Positions 20,049-30,942 are shown, counted from the stretch's first letter. The stretch is DNA of 64,000 bases from Candidatus Aphodoplasma sp. (GCA_045592745.1 JAZNVH010000029.1:11409-75408), one strand, 5' to 3'. The notes: generated by a model from the letters alone, not told the origin. Numbers and translations: made by a program.

Positions 20049-21260
20049 TTGAAATATATAGTAATACTCGGCGACGGAATGGCGGATACTCCCGTCGATG
20101 TACTCGGCAAAAAAACACCCTTACAGGTAGCAAAAAAGCCTACGATGGATATGCTTGCCGCATACGGTGAAATGGGAATGGTAAAAACAGTTCCCGACGG
20201 TATGGCACCTGGAAGTGATGTTGCAAATTTGTCCGTAATGGGTTATGACCCCAAAAAATATTATACGGGCCGTTCACCCCTTGAGGCTGTGTCAATTGGC
20301 GCGCCACTTGTAGACGGCGATGTTACATATCGTGTAAATACTGTAACGCTTTCTGACGACGAGGACTTTTCAAAAAAAACAATGGTTGATTACAGCGCTG
20401 ACGAGGTAAGCTCCGAGGAAGGCGCAATGCTTATGGAAACTATCGAGAAAGAATTTGGCACAGATAAGCTTCGCTTTTACGCAGGCACAAGCTACAGAAA
20501 CCTTCTTGTTATGCATAACGGAAGTCTAAACAGTGACCTTACACCACCGCACGATATATCAAAACGTGTAATCGGTGATTATCTTCCAAAGGGCGACTAT
20601 GCAGATATTCTTTTGGATATGATGAAAAAAAGCTATGATATATTAAGTGAGCATCCCGTAAACAAGGCCCGTGTAGAAAAAGGTTTAAATCCCGCAAATA
20701 CAATCTGGTTTTGGGGACAAGGAAGCAAGCCTTCCCTTCCCTCGTTTATGGATAAATACTCTTTGTCTGGTGCTATAATTTCTGCCGTTGACCTTTTAAA
20801 AGGTATCGGTTACAGTGCCAAAATGGATGTAATCGAGGTTGAGGGTGCAACGGGCAACGTACACACAAACTTTGAAGGAAAAGCTAAAGCGGCAATCGAT
20901 GCGCTCTTGGGTGGCAAGGATTTTGTGTATTTGCATGTCGAGGCTGCTGATGAATGTGGTCACAGAGGCGAAATCGAAAACAAGGTTCTTTCGATAGAAA
21001 AGCTTGATGCAGCTACAAAAATGATTATTGACGCACTTGAAAACGCCGGCGAAGATTACAGCATACTTTTGATGCCCGACCATCCGACACCACTCGCAAC
21101 AATGACCCATTCATCTGAAAGTGTCCCCTATGTGATTTTCAGAAGCAACAACAAAACAGAAAAGCAAAACCGCATCTACTGCGAAGAGGACGGTGCAAAG
21201 ACAGGTATTTTCAAGAGTGAAGGCTATACCCTTATGGATGAGTTTTTATCAGTAAAATAA
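20049..21260 (+). CDS. apgM: Cofactor-independent phosphoglycerate mutase family protein (archaeal-type ApgM metalloenzyme)
   Basis: N-terminal ILGDGMAD, HVEAADECGHRG and LLMPDHPTP metal-site motifs. TTG start. Confidence 0.85.
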   Translation: MKYIVILGDGMADTPVDVLGKKTPLQVAKKPTMDMLAAYGEMGMVKTVPDGMAPGSDVANLSVMGYDPKKYYTGRSPLEAVSIGAPLVDGDVTYRVNTVTLSDDEDFSKKTMVDYSADEVSSEEGAMLMETIEKEFGTDKLRFYAGTSYRNLLVMHNGSLNSDLTPPHDISKRVIGDYLPKGDYADILLDMMKKSYDILSEHPVNKARVEKGLNPANTIWFWGQGSKPSLPSFMDKYSLSGAIISAVDLLKGIGYSAKMDVIEVEGATGNVHTNFEGKAKAAIDALLGGKDFVYLHVEAADECGHRGEIENKVLSIEKLDAATKMIIDALENAGEDYSILLMPDHPTPLATMTHSSESVPYVIFRSNNKTEKQNRIYCEEDGAKTGIFKSEGYTLMDEFLSVK

Positions 21261-21291
21261 TAAGTGAATTTATATAAAGAAGGTGGCAACA

Positions 21292-23250
21292 TTGAGTAAA
21301 GAAAAATATTATATAACAACAGCGATTGCCTATACATCGCGAAAACCTCATATAGGCAACACATATGAGGTCATTTTGACCGATGCTATCGCGCGTTTTA
21401 AACGCAAGCTTGGATATGACGTATTCTTTTTGACAGGTACTGATGAGCATGGTCAGAAAATCCAGCAGGCAGCAGAGGAAACAGGTATCTCCCCAAAGGA
21501 GTATGTAGACTCCGTTGCAGGCGAAATCAAAAACATATGGAATCTTATGAATACATCGTATGACCATTTTATTCGTACAACTGACACATATCACGAAGAA
21601 ACAGTAAAAAAGATTTTCAAAAAGCTTTATGACCAGGGCGATATATACAAAAGCGAGTATGAGGGACTTTACTGTGTACCGTGCGAATCGTTCTTCACTC
21701 CGTCACAGCTTGTTGACGGATGCTGTCCAGACTGTGGACGCGAGGTTGTGCCCACAAAAGAGGAAGCTTATTTCTTTAAAATGAGCAAATATCAGGACAA
21801 GCTTATGGAGCACATTGAGTCGCATCCCGATTTTATAGCTCCCGAATCACGCAAAAACGAAATGGTTAACAACTTCTTAAAACCCGGACTTCAGGATTTG
21901 TGCGTGTCAAGAAGCACGTTTACATGGGGTATACCGGTAGAGTTTGACCCGGGGCACGTTGTATATGTATGGATAGATGCACTTTCAAACTATATTACAG
22001 CTCTTGGTTATGACCCCGAAAATCCGTCGGACAATTACAAAAAATACTGGCCTGCAGATGTTCACATCATAGGAAAAGATATTTTGCGTTTTCACACAAT
22101 ATACTGGCCAATTATTTTAATGGCTCTTGGCGAGCCACTGCCAAAGCAGATTTTTGGTCATCCATGGCTTTTGTCTGGCGTTGACAAAATGAGCAAATCA
22201 CGCGGTAATGTTATGTATGCCGATGACCTCGCCGAAATGTTTGGTGTTGACGGGGTACGTTATTATGTTTTAAGCGAGATGCCGTTTGCATCCGACGGTA
22301 CAATAACGTACGAAACAATTATAAGCCGCTTTAATTCAGACCTTGCAAATACGCTTGGTAACCTCGTAAACCGTACGGTTGCGATGTGCACAAAATATTT
22401 TGACGGCGTTATTCCAAGCGCCTGCACCGAAGACGAATTTGATAAAGACTTAAAGAAGGTTTGTATCGAAACAATAAGTGCTGTAAAAGAAAAAATGGAT
22501 AAACTTCGCGTGGCAGATTCACTTGAGCTTATTATGAATCTTGCACGTCGCTCAAACAAATACATTGATGAAACTGCTCCATGGGCACTTGCAAAAGATG
22601 AAAACAGCCGCGACAGACTAAAGAGTGTAATATATAATCTTTTAGAGTCAATTCGTATAATTGCCGTACTTTTAGAAGCGTTTATGCCTGAAACAGCAAA
22701 GAAAATTTACGAGCAAATCGGCGGATGTGATACAAGTATCGAAAGTCTTGCCGCTTTTGGCTCACTTAAAGCAGGCGCATCAGTTGGAAAAGCTGAACCG
22801 CTTTTTGTAAGACTTGATGAAGCAAAAAAGCTTGAAGAAATAAATGCGTTTATAGCAAAAAAATATCCCAAAGAAGAGAAAAAAGAGGATAAAAAAGCAG
22901 AAGCTCCAAAAGAAGAAAGAACGGTCGAGCAAATCACGATAGACGATTTTGCAAAGCTTGATTTAAGAGTTGCAAAGGTGTTAAGCGCAGAAAAAATCGA
23001 AGGTGCTGACAAGCTTTATAAGCTTATGGTTGAGCTTGGTAATGAAAAACGCCAGATTGTATCAGGACTTGCAAAACATTATACACCCGATGAACTTATA
23101 GGCAAAAACGTAATTGTAATTGCAAACTTAAAGCCTGTAAAGCTTCGCGGTGTCGATTCATATGGTATGATTTTGGCCGCATCTGATGCAGATACTCTTT
23201 CGATATGCACACTCGACAAAGACGTTTCATCAGGCTCACAGGTAAGATAA
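21292..23250 (+). CDS. metG: Methionine--tRNA ligase with C-terminal tRNA-binding (EMAP/Trbp111-like) domain
   Basis: HIGN (HIGH) and KMSKS motifs, Zn-knuckle CVPCE...CPDCG. The start is probably TTG at 21292 after AGGTGG; the in-frame GTG at 21283 is the alternative. Confidence 0.95.
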   Translation: MSKEKYYITTAIAYTSRKPHIGNTYEVILTDAIARFKRKLGYDVFFLTGTDEHGQKIQQAAEETGISPKEYVDSVAGEIKNIWNLMNTSYDHFIRTTDTYHEETVKKIFKKLYDQGDIYKSEYEGLYCVPCESFFTPSQLVDGCCPDCGREVVPTKEEAYFFKMSKYQDKLMEHIESHPDFIAPESRKNEMVNNFLKPGLQDLCVSRSTFTWGIPVEFDPGHVVYVWIDALSNYITALGYDPENPSDNYKKYWPADVHIIGKDILRFHTIYWPIILMALGEPLPKQIFGHPWLLSGVDKMSKSRGNVMYADDLAEMFGVDGVRYYVLSEMPFASDGTITYETIISRFNSDLANTLGNLVNRTVAMCTKYFDGVIPSACTEDEFDKDLKKVCIETISAVKEKMDKLRVADSLELIMNLARRSNKYIDETAPWALAKDENSRDRLKSVIYNLLESIRIIAVLLEAFMPETAKKIYEQIGGCDTSIESLAAFGSLKAGASVGKAEPLFVRLDEAKKLEEINAFIAKKYPKEEKKEDKKAEAPKEERTVEQITIDDFAKLDLRVAKVLSAEKIEGADKLYKLMVELGNEKRQIVSGLAKHYTPDELIGKNVIVIANLKPVKLRGVDSYGMILAASDADTLSICTLDKDVSSGSQVR

Positions 23251-23293
23251 TTTTTGTAAATAATTTTTAGTAAAATATAAGGGGTAATTCAAA

Positions 23294-25933
23294 ATGGAAA
23301 AACTAGGATTAAATGAAATACGCGAAAAATATTTAAAATTCTTTGAAAGCAAGGGACATTTAAGAATGCCGTCATTTCCGCTTGTTCCGCAAAACGACAA
23401 CAGTCTGCTTCTTATAAATGCAGGTATGGCGCCGCTCAAGCCATATTTTACCGGAAAGGAAATTCCTCCCCGCAAGAGAGTGACTACATGCCAGAAATGT
23501 ATACGTACTCCCGATATTGAGCGCGTCGGTATCACAGCTCGTCACGGTACGTTTTTTGAAATGCTTGGTAACTTTTCTTTTGGCGATTACTTTAAGCATG
23601 AGGCAACAGCATGGGCTTGGGAATTTGTTACCAAAGAACTTGGACTTCCCGAGGACCGTCTTTACATCACAGTTTATGAAGACGATGACGAAGCTATCGA
23701 TATTTGGACAAAAGAGGTAGGCGTAGACCCTTCTGATATTTCCAAAATGGGCAAAGAGGACAACTTCTGGGAAATAGGCACAGGTCCGTGCGGTCCTTGC
23801 AGTGAGCTTTACTTTGACCGTGGAGAAAAATACGGATGCGGCAGCCCCGACTGTAAGGTAGGTTGTGAGTGCGACAGATTCGTAGAATTCTGGAACCTTG
23901 TATTCACACAGTTTGATAAAGATGAAAACGGCGTATATAATCGTCTTGCCAATCCCAACATCGATACAGGTATGGGACTTGAGAGAATGGCTGTTATTAT
24001 GCAGGATGTTAATAATCTTTTTGAGGTTGATACTATCCGCAATATTATGCTTGAAATCAGCAAAGTAGCAAAGGTTAACTACGGAGAAAACGAAAAAACA
24101 GATATTTCGCTGCGCGTTATCACCGACCATATTAGAAGCACAACCTTTATGGTTTGCGACGGTGTTTTACCTTCAAATGAAGGCAGAGGCTATGTTCTCA
24201 GAAGACTTCTTCGTCGTGCAGCACGTCACGGCAGACTTCTCGGCATAGAAGGGACATTTCTTTATAGTATTGCCGATACTGTTATCCGTGAATCAAAGGG
24301 TGCATATCCGCAGCTTGAAGAAAAGCGGGATTATATAAAGCAGGTAATCAAGAGAGAGGAAGAGAGCTTTAGCCAGACAATTGACCGTGGTCTTTCAATT
24401 CTTGAAGAAAAGGTAGCAGACCTTGAAAAGAGTGGTCAAAAGATTCTCTCGGGTGAGGATGCTTTCACACTTAATGACACTTACGGCTTCCCCATTGACC
24501 TTACAGAAGAAATTCTTCAGGAAAAAGGTCTTGGTGTTGACCGCGATACATTCAACGTCCTTCTTCTCGAGCAGAAAAACCGTTCAAGAGAAGGAAGAAA
24601 GGTTGGCGACGAGGCCGGTTGGAGCGAAGATATTTATCAGACATTAGGTAAAGAAATCACAACAGAATTCATCGGCTATGATAATTTTGAATGTGACGCA
24701 AATATAACTGTTATCGTAAAAGACGGTCAGGTTTCAGATAGCATTTCCAACGGCGAAAACGCAGTTGTTATCCTTGATAAGACAGTATTATACGGCGAAA
24801 GTGGCGGCCAGATGGGCGACAACGGCGAAATTATTGGCGAGGGCTTTAAGATGGTTGTTACCGACGCAAAGAAGCTTGGCGACGGAAAGATTCTTCACCA
24901 TGTAACTGTTACCGAAGGAAATGCCAACAAAGGTGACAAGGTTCATGTAACTGTTGACGCTAATAAAAGAATAGCAACTGCACGTAACCACTCGACTACT
25001 CACCTTCTCCACAAGGCGCTTCGTGAAACTCTTGGCACACATGTTGCGCAGGCAGGTTCATCTGTTAATCCACAGCGTTTGCGTTTCGATTTCTCTCACT
25101 TTAGCGCTATGACTGATGAGGAACTTGAAGCTGTCGAAGCAAAGGTTAATGATGCAATTCTCAGCGCACTTCCTATTGACACTCGCGAAATGCCAATCAA
25201 AGAGGCTGAAAAGCTCGGTGCAATGTCACTTTTCGGCGAAAAATACGGCGATATAGTTCGCGTTGTAAAAATGGGCGATTATTCGACAGAATTCTGTGGT
25301 GGTACACATCTTACAAACACAAGTCAAGCAGGTCTTTTCACTATTTTGTCTGAAACAGGTGTTGCTGCAGGTGTACGTCGTATTGAGGCAGTAACAGGTT
25401 ATGGCGCTCTTAGTGTTATGAAAAACAATCAGCAGAGCCTTCGCGACGCTGCAAAAATACTAAAGACAAATCCTTCCGAGCTTGTTGAAAAAGCAGAAGC
25501 TATCGTTGAAGAACTGAAAAGCACACAAAAAGAAACAGAGCAAATGCGTGAAAAGCTTGCAGCAAGTCAGGCAAGCTCACTTATGGATAACTTTAAAGAG
25601 GTTAAAGGAGTTCGCATATTCACAAACCGCTTAAAAGGCGTAGACGCAGGTGCACTTCGTACTCTCGGTGACCAAATGCGTGACAAGATGGACTGCGGTA
25701 TAGCAATCTTTGCAAGCGAATCAGGAGAAAAGATTACATTCTCTGCCGCTGCATCAAAATCTGCTGTTGCAAAAGGCGTACACGCAGGAAAAATCATTGG
25801 CGAGGTTGCAAAGGTATGCGGTGGCGGTGGCGGCGGCAAACCCGACTCAGCACAAGCAGGCGGCAAAGATGCATCAAAAATTGACGAGGCGCTCGCACTT
25901 GTAGAAAGCCTTGTAGATGCACTTGTTAAATAA
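23294..25933 (+). CDS. alaS: Alanine--tRNA ligase
   Basis: 879 aa. FEMLGNFSFGDYFK, editing-site HSTTHLLH, CGGTH, and C-terminal DHHA1 with a GGGGGG run. Confidence 0.97.
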   Translation: MEKLGLNEIREKYLKFFESKGHLRMPSFPLVPQNDNSLLLINAGMAPLKPYFTGKEIPPRKRVTTCQKCIRTPDIERVGITARHGTFFEMLGNFSFGDYFKHEATAWAWEFVTKELGLPEDRLYITVYEDDDEAIDIWTKEVGVDPSDISKMGKEDNFWEIGTGPCGPCSELYFDRGEKYGCGSPDCKVGCECDRFVEFWNLVFTQFDKDENGVYNRLANPNIDTGMGLERMAVIMQDVNNLFEVDTIRNIMLEISKVAKVNYGENEKTDISLRVITDHIRSTTFMVCDGVLPSNEGRGYVLRRLLRRAARHGRLLGIEGTFLYSIADTVIRESKGAYPQLEEKRDYIKQVIKREEESFSQTIDRGLSILEEKVADLEKSGQKILSGEDAFTLNDTYGFPIDLTEEILQEKGLGVDRDTFNVLLLEQKNRSREGRKVGDEAGWSEDIYQTLGKEITTEFIGYDNFECDANITVIVKDGQVSDSISNGENAVVILDKTVLYGESGGQMGDNGEIIGEGFKMVVTDAKKLGDGKILHHVTVTEGNANKGDKVHVTVDANKRIATARNHSTTHLLHKALRETLGTHVAQAGSSVNPQRLRFDFSHFSAMTDEELEAVEAKVNDAILSALPIDTREMPIKEAEKLGAMSLFGEKYGDIVRVVKMGDYSTEFCGGTHLTNTSQAGLFTILSETGVAAGVRRIEAVTGYGALSVMKNNQQSLRDAAKILKTNPSELVEKAEAIVEELKSTQKETEQMREKLAASQASSLMDNFKEVKGVRIFTNRLKGVDAGALRTLGDQMRDKMDCGIAIFASESGEKITFSAAASKSAVAKGVHAGKIIGEVAKVCGGGGGGKPDSAQAGGKDASKIDEALALVESLVDALVK

Positions 25934-25953
25934 TATTTTTGGAGGACTAAGTT

Positions 25954-26298
25954 ATGAGCGATTGTATTTTTTGTAAAATTATAAACGGCGATATCCCCTC
26001 TTCAAAGGTGTATGAGGATGATAAAATTTTTGCCTTCAATGATATAAGTCCACAAGCTCCTGTGCATATTTTAATTGTACCAAAAGAGCATATCTGCTGC
26101 GCAAATGCTATTACATCAGGCAACGCTGACGTTGTAGCTCATATTTTCTCCAAAATTGGAGAAATTGCCAATCTTGCAGGAATAAAGGATGACGGCTACA
26201 GAATTATCAATAACTGTGGCAAAAACGGCGGCCAAACCGTAATGCATCTTCATTTTCATCTTATGGGTGGCAAGGATTTAGGCGAAAAGCTTGTATAA
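25954..26298 (+). CDS. HIT-family (histidine triad) nucleotide hydrolase
   Basis: Histidine triad HLHFHLMGG. 114 aa. Confidence 0.9.
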   Translation: MSDCIFCKIINGDIPSSKVYEDDKIFAFNDISPQAPVHILIVPKEHICCANAITSGNADVVAHIFSKIGEIANLAGIKDDGYRIINNCGKNGGQTVMHLHFHLMGGKDLGEKLV

Positions 26299-26308
26299 TT
26301 AAAAATTT

Positions 26309-26343
26309 AAGCCATACATCGCATGATGTATGGCTTTTTTATT
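26309..26343. terminator. Terminator between the HIT gene and sigG (convergent)
   Basis: AAGCCATACATC-GCAT-GATGTATGGCTT followed by TTTTTAT. Confidence 0.7.
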
Positions 26344-26346
26344 TGA

Positions 26347-27117
26347 TTACATATACTTTCTCATATGAGCAATTGCACTTTTTTCAAGGCGCGATACCTG
26401 TGCCTGACTTATACCGATTTCATTTGCAACCTCCATTTGTGTTCTTCCCTGAAAAAACCGAAGGCTTAATATGTGTTTTTCACGGCCACTCAGGCGTTTC
26501 ATAGCCTCTTTTAAGCCAATCTGTTCAAGCCAAAGCTCGTCACAGCTTTTTTCATCCTTTACCTGATCCATTACAAAAATTGCATCACCACCATCGTGAT
26601 ATACAGGCTCATAAAGCGAAACAGGATCGGCAATTGCGTCAAGCGCAAATACGATTTCCTCTTTTTCCATTTCAAGCTCCTTTGCAATTTCGGCAATTGT
26701 AGGTTCTTTTTGATTTTTTGAAATAAGTCTTTCTTTTGCCTGCAAGGCCTTGTAAGCAGTATCACGCAGCGAGCGCGATACGCGTATGCAATTATAATCA
26801 CGAAGATAACGGCGAACCTCACCTATTATCATAGGAACAGCGTAGGTAGAAAATTTGACCCCTACCTCCAGATTGAAGTTATCAATAGCTTTTATAAGAC
26901 CTATACAACCCACCTGAAATAAATCATCAGCAGTTTCGCCGCGCGAATTAAAGCGCTGTATTACGCTTAATACCAATCGAAGATTTCCCTGTATAAATTC
27001 CTCACGGGCACTGCTGTCACCTTCTTTAATTCTCTTTAAAAGCTCTATTTTTTTATCATTTGAAAGATTTGGTAATTTAGCTGTGTTTACACCACAAATT
27101 TCAACCTTATTTATCAT
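26347..27117 (-). CDS. sigG: Sporulation sigma factor SigG
   Basis: Near-collinear with B. subtilis SigG: VEICGVNTAKLP, NLRLVLSVIQRF, VKFSTYAVPMIIGEVRRYLRD, ISQAQVSRLEK. Confidence 0.93.
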   Translation of the reverse strand: MINKVEICGVNTAKLPNLSNDKKIELLKRIKEGDSSAREEFIQGNLRLVLSVIQRFNSRGETADDLFQVGCIGLIKAIDNFNLEVGVKFSTYAVPMIIGEVRRYLRDYNCIRVSRSLRDTAYKALQAKERLISKNQKEPTIAEIAKELEMEKEEIVFALDAIADPVSLYEPVYHDGGDAIFVMDQVKDEKSCDELWLEQIGLKEAMKRLSGREKHILSLRFFQGRTQMEVANEIGISQAQVSRLEKSAIAHMRKYM

Positions 27118-27199
27118 ATTCGCTGCCTCCTTTTTATTATGTACAGCGATGCAAACACAAATTTATTATTGGTGCCAAACCTGTCTTTTATACCCTATG

Positions 27200-27928
27200 T
27201 CAGTTCATTTTCATAATTTCTTTTTTTAGTCGCAGTATAATTCGTTTTTCAAGCCTTGATATATATGACTGCGATATTCCAAGCATATCAGCAACCTCTT
27301 TTTGCGTGCGTTCTTCACAGCCATATAATCCGAATCGAAGTTTCATTATTTTCTGCTCACGTTCCGATAGTTTTTTTATCGCCATATCCAAAAGCTTTCT
27401 GTCAACCTCTTCCTCAAGTCCCTGATTGATAACATCTCCTTCTGCCGAGAGTATATCCGAAAGCAAAAGCTCATTTCCGTCCCAGTCAACATTTAACGGT
27501 TCATCAATTGATATCTCGGTTTTTATATTCTGATTTTTTCTAAGATACATTAAAATTTCATTTTCAATACACCTTGATGCATATGTGGCAAGCTTGATGT
27601 TTTTATCAGTTTTAAATGTATTTATCGCCTTTATAAGCCCAATGCTGCCTATAGATATCAAATCCTCAATTCCTATGTTGGTATTTTCAAATTTTCTGGC
27701 TATATATACAACCAGGCGCAGATTGTGCTCAATCAATGTTGACTTTACCGTTTCATCTGTATCAAAGCGCAAAAGAAGCTCTGCCTCCTGCTCACTTGTG
27801 AGCGGTGGCGGAAGTGTTTCACTTCCGCCTATATAGTAAACCTCTTCACTTATTATATTTTTAAGTTTAATTACAAGCTCGGCATATCCAAGCTTCATTT
27901 TTGTGCATATTTTTTGAGCGAGTTTCAT
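27200..27928 (-). CDS. sigE: Sporulation sigma factor SigE (pro-sigma-E)
   Basis: Pro-sequence followed by [48 protein letters not shown] and [12 protein letters not shown], as in B. subtilis SigE. Confidence 0.93.
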   Translation of the reverse strand: MKLAQKICTKMKLGYAELVIKLKNIISEEVYYIGGSETLPPPLTSEQEAELLLRFDTDETVKSTLIEHNLRLVVYIARKFENTNIGIEDLISIGSIGLIKAINTFKTDKNIKLATYASRCIENEILMYLRKNQNIKTEISIDEPLNVDWDGNELLLSDILSAEGDVINQGLEEEVDRKLLDMAIKKLSEREQKIMKLRFGLYGCEERTQKEVADMLGISQSYISRLEKRIILRLKKEIMKMN

Positions 27929-27951
27929 TTCCTATACCCCCACATATAATT

Positions 27952-28851
27952 TTATAACTTTGCCATTACCCTTGGATGAAGCAGAGCGTCATAAATATCT
28001 GCATGCGACAGTTTTTGAGCACAAAGCCCTATAAACACACTGCCCATATATACCTTTTCATCAACAAGAAGCTTTGTCGGCGAAAACGCAAGCATTATAT
28101 CGCCTATATTTCCTAGTCCCCTATACGGCACAAGCCGAAACGGCGTATCGCATACAAGCTCTATTTTCAGCTTATCAGAATTATTTTCTCCTAATTCGCT
28201 CAGCTTTTCATAGTAACTTTCATCTTTAAAAAGCGGTTTTAGCATATTGATATCACAGACAATTACGGGCGTATTTGTAACCGGATCAAGCATTGCATTT
28301 GCGCTGTCTAAAAGCGCCTTTACCTGTATAGCCTTCCCCTTATAAAAAATCTCTAAATTATGTATATTTGTATTTACATTAAGACGTCTTGTATACATTC
28401 TTTCCGATATAAACATAACCATATAGCAAAGCACTGCCGATAAAATAAGATAAAGCGGACTTATATTTATATAAAAAATTCCGTTAGACATTGCCACTCC
28501 AATTGCCGCTCCAATATCTGTAAAATAAAAAAGCACAAACGTTATTCCTGAAAGTGCAAAGCTTGACAAATAAAAAAGTGCAAACAAGGAAAAGAACTTC
28601 CCCACACTGTTAACACGAAATGTAATAAGCACTATAACTGCGCTTATGATAAGCTTAAAAACGCCGCTGTAAATAAAAGACAGATTGGGATAAAACATAA
28701 GCACTGCATAAACACTCCCCAAAGATGCGCCACATATAAGACGCCATATGGGCGAAGCATTTTTACTCACCGATTTAGTCATATACAAAAGGAAAAAATC
28801 GGTTAAAAAATTGGTTAAAAAAAGTATATCCACATATACAATCGGTTTCAT
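27952..28851 (-). CDS. spoIIGA: Sigma-E processing peptidase SpoIIGA
   Basis: Polytopic N-terminal half and a C-terminal protease-like domain. Lies immediately upstream of sigE, the canonical spoIIGA-sigE-sigG order. Confidence 0.85.
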   Translation of the reverse strand: MKPIVYVDILFLTNFLTDFFLLYMTKSVSKNASPIWRLICGASLGSVYAVLMFYPNLSFIYSGVFKLIISAVIVLITFRVNSVGKFFSLFALFYLSSFALSGITFVLFYFTDIGAAIGVAMSNGIFYINISPLYLILSAVLCYMVMFISERMYTRRLNVNTNIHNLEIFYKGKAIQVKALLDSANAMLDPVTNTPVIVCDINMLKPLFKDESYYEKLSELGENNSDKLKIELVCDTPFRLVPYRGLGNIGDIMLAFSPTKLLVDEKVYMGSVFIGLCAQKLSHADIYDALLHPRVMAKL

Positions 28852-29013
28852 TTTTATCCCCTTCTTTTGCTTGTGTAAGACAAGTATAACAGCAATATGA
28901 AAAAAATTTTGTAAATTTAACTGTACATAAAAAGTTTTACGTTGATAAAAAAAGTATAAAGCCTACATATAGCGACGCACTTTGATATAATTTATTAAAA
29001 TTTTTATTTTAAC

Positions 29014-29043
29014 ACAAAAAAGAGCCTTGCAAAAGCAAAGCTC
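29014..29043 (-). terminator. Rho-independent terminator after trmD
   Basis: Minus strand: GAGCTTTGC-TTTT-GCAAGGCTC (one G-U pair) followed by TTTTTTG. Confidence 0.6.
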
Positions 29044-29051
29044 AAAACATT

Positions 29052-29789
29052 TTATTTATTTTCTTTTTTTAATTTCTCGATAAACTCTATATCGCTTTTT
29101 GAAAGCTCGGCGCACTCAAGCATGTCAGGTCTCTTATTGTACGTTGCTATAAGAGATTGCTCACGTTTCCATGCTTCAATATTTGCATGGTGTCCGCTAA
29201 GGAGCACCTCAGGAACACCTCGTCCAAGAATTTCAGGTGGGCGCGTGTACTGGGGATATTCCAAAAGCGAATTAAAGTGCGACTCACCCGTATACGAGCT
29301 TACACTCGCAAGCACACCAGGCACAAGTCTTGCCACAGTATCAATTACTGCCATAGCCGGAATTTCGCCTCCAGTCAGCACAAAATCGCCTATTGACAAT
29401 TCCATATCTACAATTTCATCAAGCACTCTTTGGTCTACTCCTTCATAATGTCCGCACAAAATAACAATATGTTCTTCTTTTGAAAACTCAATTGCGCACT
29501 TTTGGTCAAAAACCCTTCCCTGTGGCGACATATATATTGTAAGCGGCTTATATGAAAGGTCTTTTACAACGCTCATATACGCATCATATATAGGCTGCAC
29601 ACTCATAAGCATGCCCGTGCCGCCACCATACGGATAATCATCTACACGTCTGTGCTTATCTGTGCTAAAATCGCGTATTTGTATGAAATTTAATTCTATC
29701 AAACCATTTTCCCTTGCACGTCCTATTATGCTGTCGCCAAGCACAGCTTCAAACATTTCAGGAAAAAGAGTCAACACATCAAAGCGCAT
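29052..29789 (-). CDS. trmD: tRNA (guanine37-N1)-methyltransferase
   Basis: MRFDVLTLFPEMF, YPYGGGTGM and GHYEGVDQR motifs. Confidence 0.95.
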   Translation of the reverse strand: MRFDVLTLFPEMFEAVLGDSIIGRARENGLIELNFIQIRDFSTDKHRRVDDYPYGGGTGMLMSVQPIYDAYMSVVKDLSYKPLTIYMSPQGRVFDQKCAIEFSKEEHIVILCGHYEGVDQRVLDEIVDMELSIGDFVLTGGEIPAMAVIDTVARLVPGVLASVSSYTGESHFNSLLEYPQYTRPPEILGRGVPEVLLSGHHANIEAWKREQSLIATYNKRPDMLECAELSKSDIEFIEKLKKENK

Positions 29790-30298
29790 CAGTCAACCAG
29801 CCCTTCTAATAAATGTGCACAAATCAAATCGTTTTCAATATCGACAGAAAGTATAACCTCATCAATAACGGGCAGAAGAATCTGTTTTCCTTCTTCTGTG
29901 CGCACAACATAAACGTCGTTGCTTCCCGTCTTGAACACATCTATAACCTCGCCAAGAAATACGTCTTCGTCAGTTTTAACCTTGCACCCAATCAAATCGC
30001 AAATATAATACCCCTCATCAGGTTCTCCAAGCTGCTCACGGTCTATATAAAGCGTATGATTTTTAAGCTTTTCTGCCTCATCTATATGGTCAACACCCTT
30101 GAATTTTACAATCAAATTGCCCTTCTGGTACTTAATTGAATTAATTTCAAGAGTGGATTTTTCACCCTTAATGTCAGTATATACATACTCAAATCCCTCA
30201 AACACCTCGGGATAATCGGTCCACGACACAACCTTAACCTCACCACGAAGTCCGTGCGTATTTACTATTTGTCCTACCTGCAACGTTTTATTTTTCAT
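29789..30298 (-). CDS. rimM: 16S rRNA processing protein RimM
   Basis: GQIVNTHGLRGEVKV N-terminus, PRC barrel at the C-terminus. Conserved rpsP-rimM-trmD order. Confidence 0.9.
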   Translation of the reverse strand: MKNKTLQVGQIVNTHGLRGEVKVVSWTDYPEVFEGFEYVYTDIKGEKSTLEINSIKYQKGNLIVKFKGVDHIDEAEKLKNHTLYIDREQLGEPDEGYYICDLIGCKVKTDEDVFLGEVIDVFKTGSNDVYVVRTEEGKQILLPVIDEVILSVDIENDLICAHLLEGLVD

Positions 30299-30360
30299 TA
30301 TGCGTCATATCCTTTCGCATTTTGTGTTAAAATGGGGCGCAAAAAGCGCCCCACTCCACT

Positions 30361-30597
30361 TTAACCTATAATTTCAACAACCGCACGCTTGTTTTCACGA
30401 TTTGCTGCCGCTTTAACAACCGTTCTGATTGCTTTGGCTATACGTCCCTGCTTGCCTATAACTTTACCCATATCACCATCTGCAACACGAAGCTCAAGCA
30501 CTGTTTCGTACTCGCCTTCAATCTCTGTTACGCAAACCTGGTCAGGATTGTCAACCAAAGACTTTGCCAACACCTCTAAAACCTCTTTCATTGCCAA
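30361..30597 (-). CDS. KH-domain RNA-binding protein (YlqC family)
   Basis: 78 aa with GKVIGKQGRIAKAIRTV (GXXG KH motif). Lies between rpsP and rimM. Confidence 0.85.
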   Translation of the reverse strand: MAMKEVLEVLAKSLVDNPDQVCVTEIEGEYETVLELRVADGDMGKVIGKQGRIAKAIRTVVKAAANRENKRAVVEIIG

Positions 30598-30612
30598 ATA
30601 CCTCCGGTTAAA

Positions 30613-30855
30613 TTAAAGAATATTTGCTTTTTTAAGCAAGCTCTTTACTGTATCAGTAGGCTGGGCACCGTTAGCAATCCACTGCTTAGTCTTCTCAGCG
30701 TCGATTTTAACCTCTGCCGGCTCAACCATAGGATTGTATGTTCCGATTTCCTCGATAAATCTACCATCACGCGGATATCTTGAATCAGCTACAACAACTC
30801 TGTAAAAAGGAGCCTTCTTTGCACCCATTCTTCTCAATCTGATTTTTACTGCCAT
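30613..30855 (-). CDS. rpsP: 30S ribosomal protein S16
   Basis: [26 protein letters not shown]. Confidence 0.95.
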   Translation of the reverse strand: MAVKIRLRRMGAKKAPFYRVVVADSRYPRDGRFIEEIGTYNPMVEPAEVKIDAEKTKQWIANGAQPTDTVKSLLKKANIL

Positions 30856-30942
30856 TATAATTCACCTCCAAAAATTATTGCTGCGAAAGATTTTCGCTTT
30901 TATCTTATTTAAATTAATAAGTATAAACAATTAAATATTTCA

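Noticed and set aside
27118-27199. A possible forespore-type (sigma-F/G) promoter GTATA-N15-GGCACCAATA upstream of sigG, and a possible sigma-E promoter upstream of spoIIID (10040-10075)
   Set aside because: The matches to the consensus are partial and I cannot score them quantitatively. They are not listed as features.
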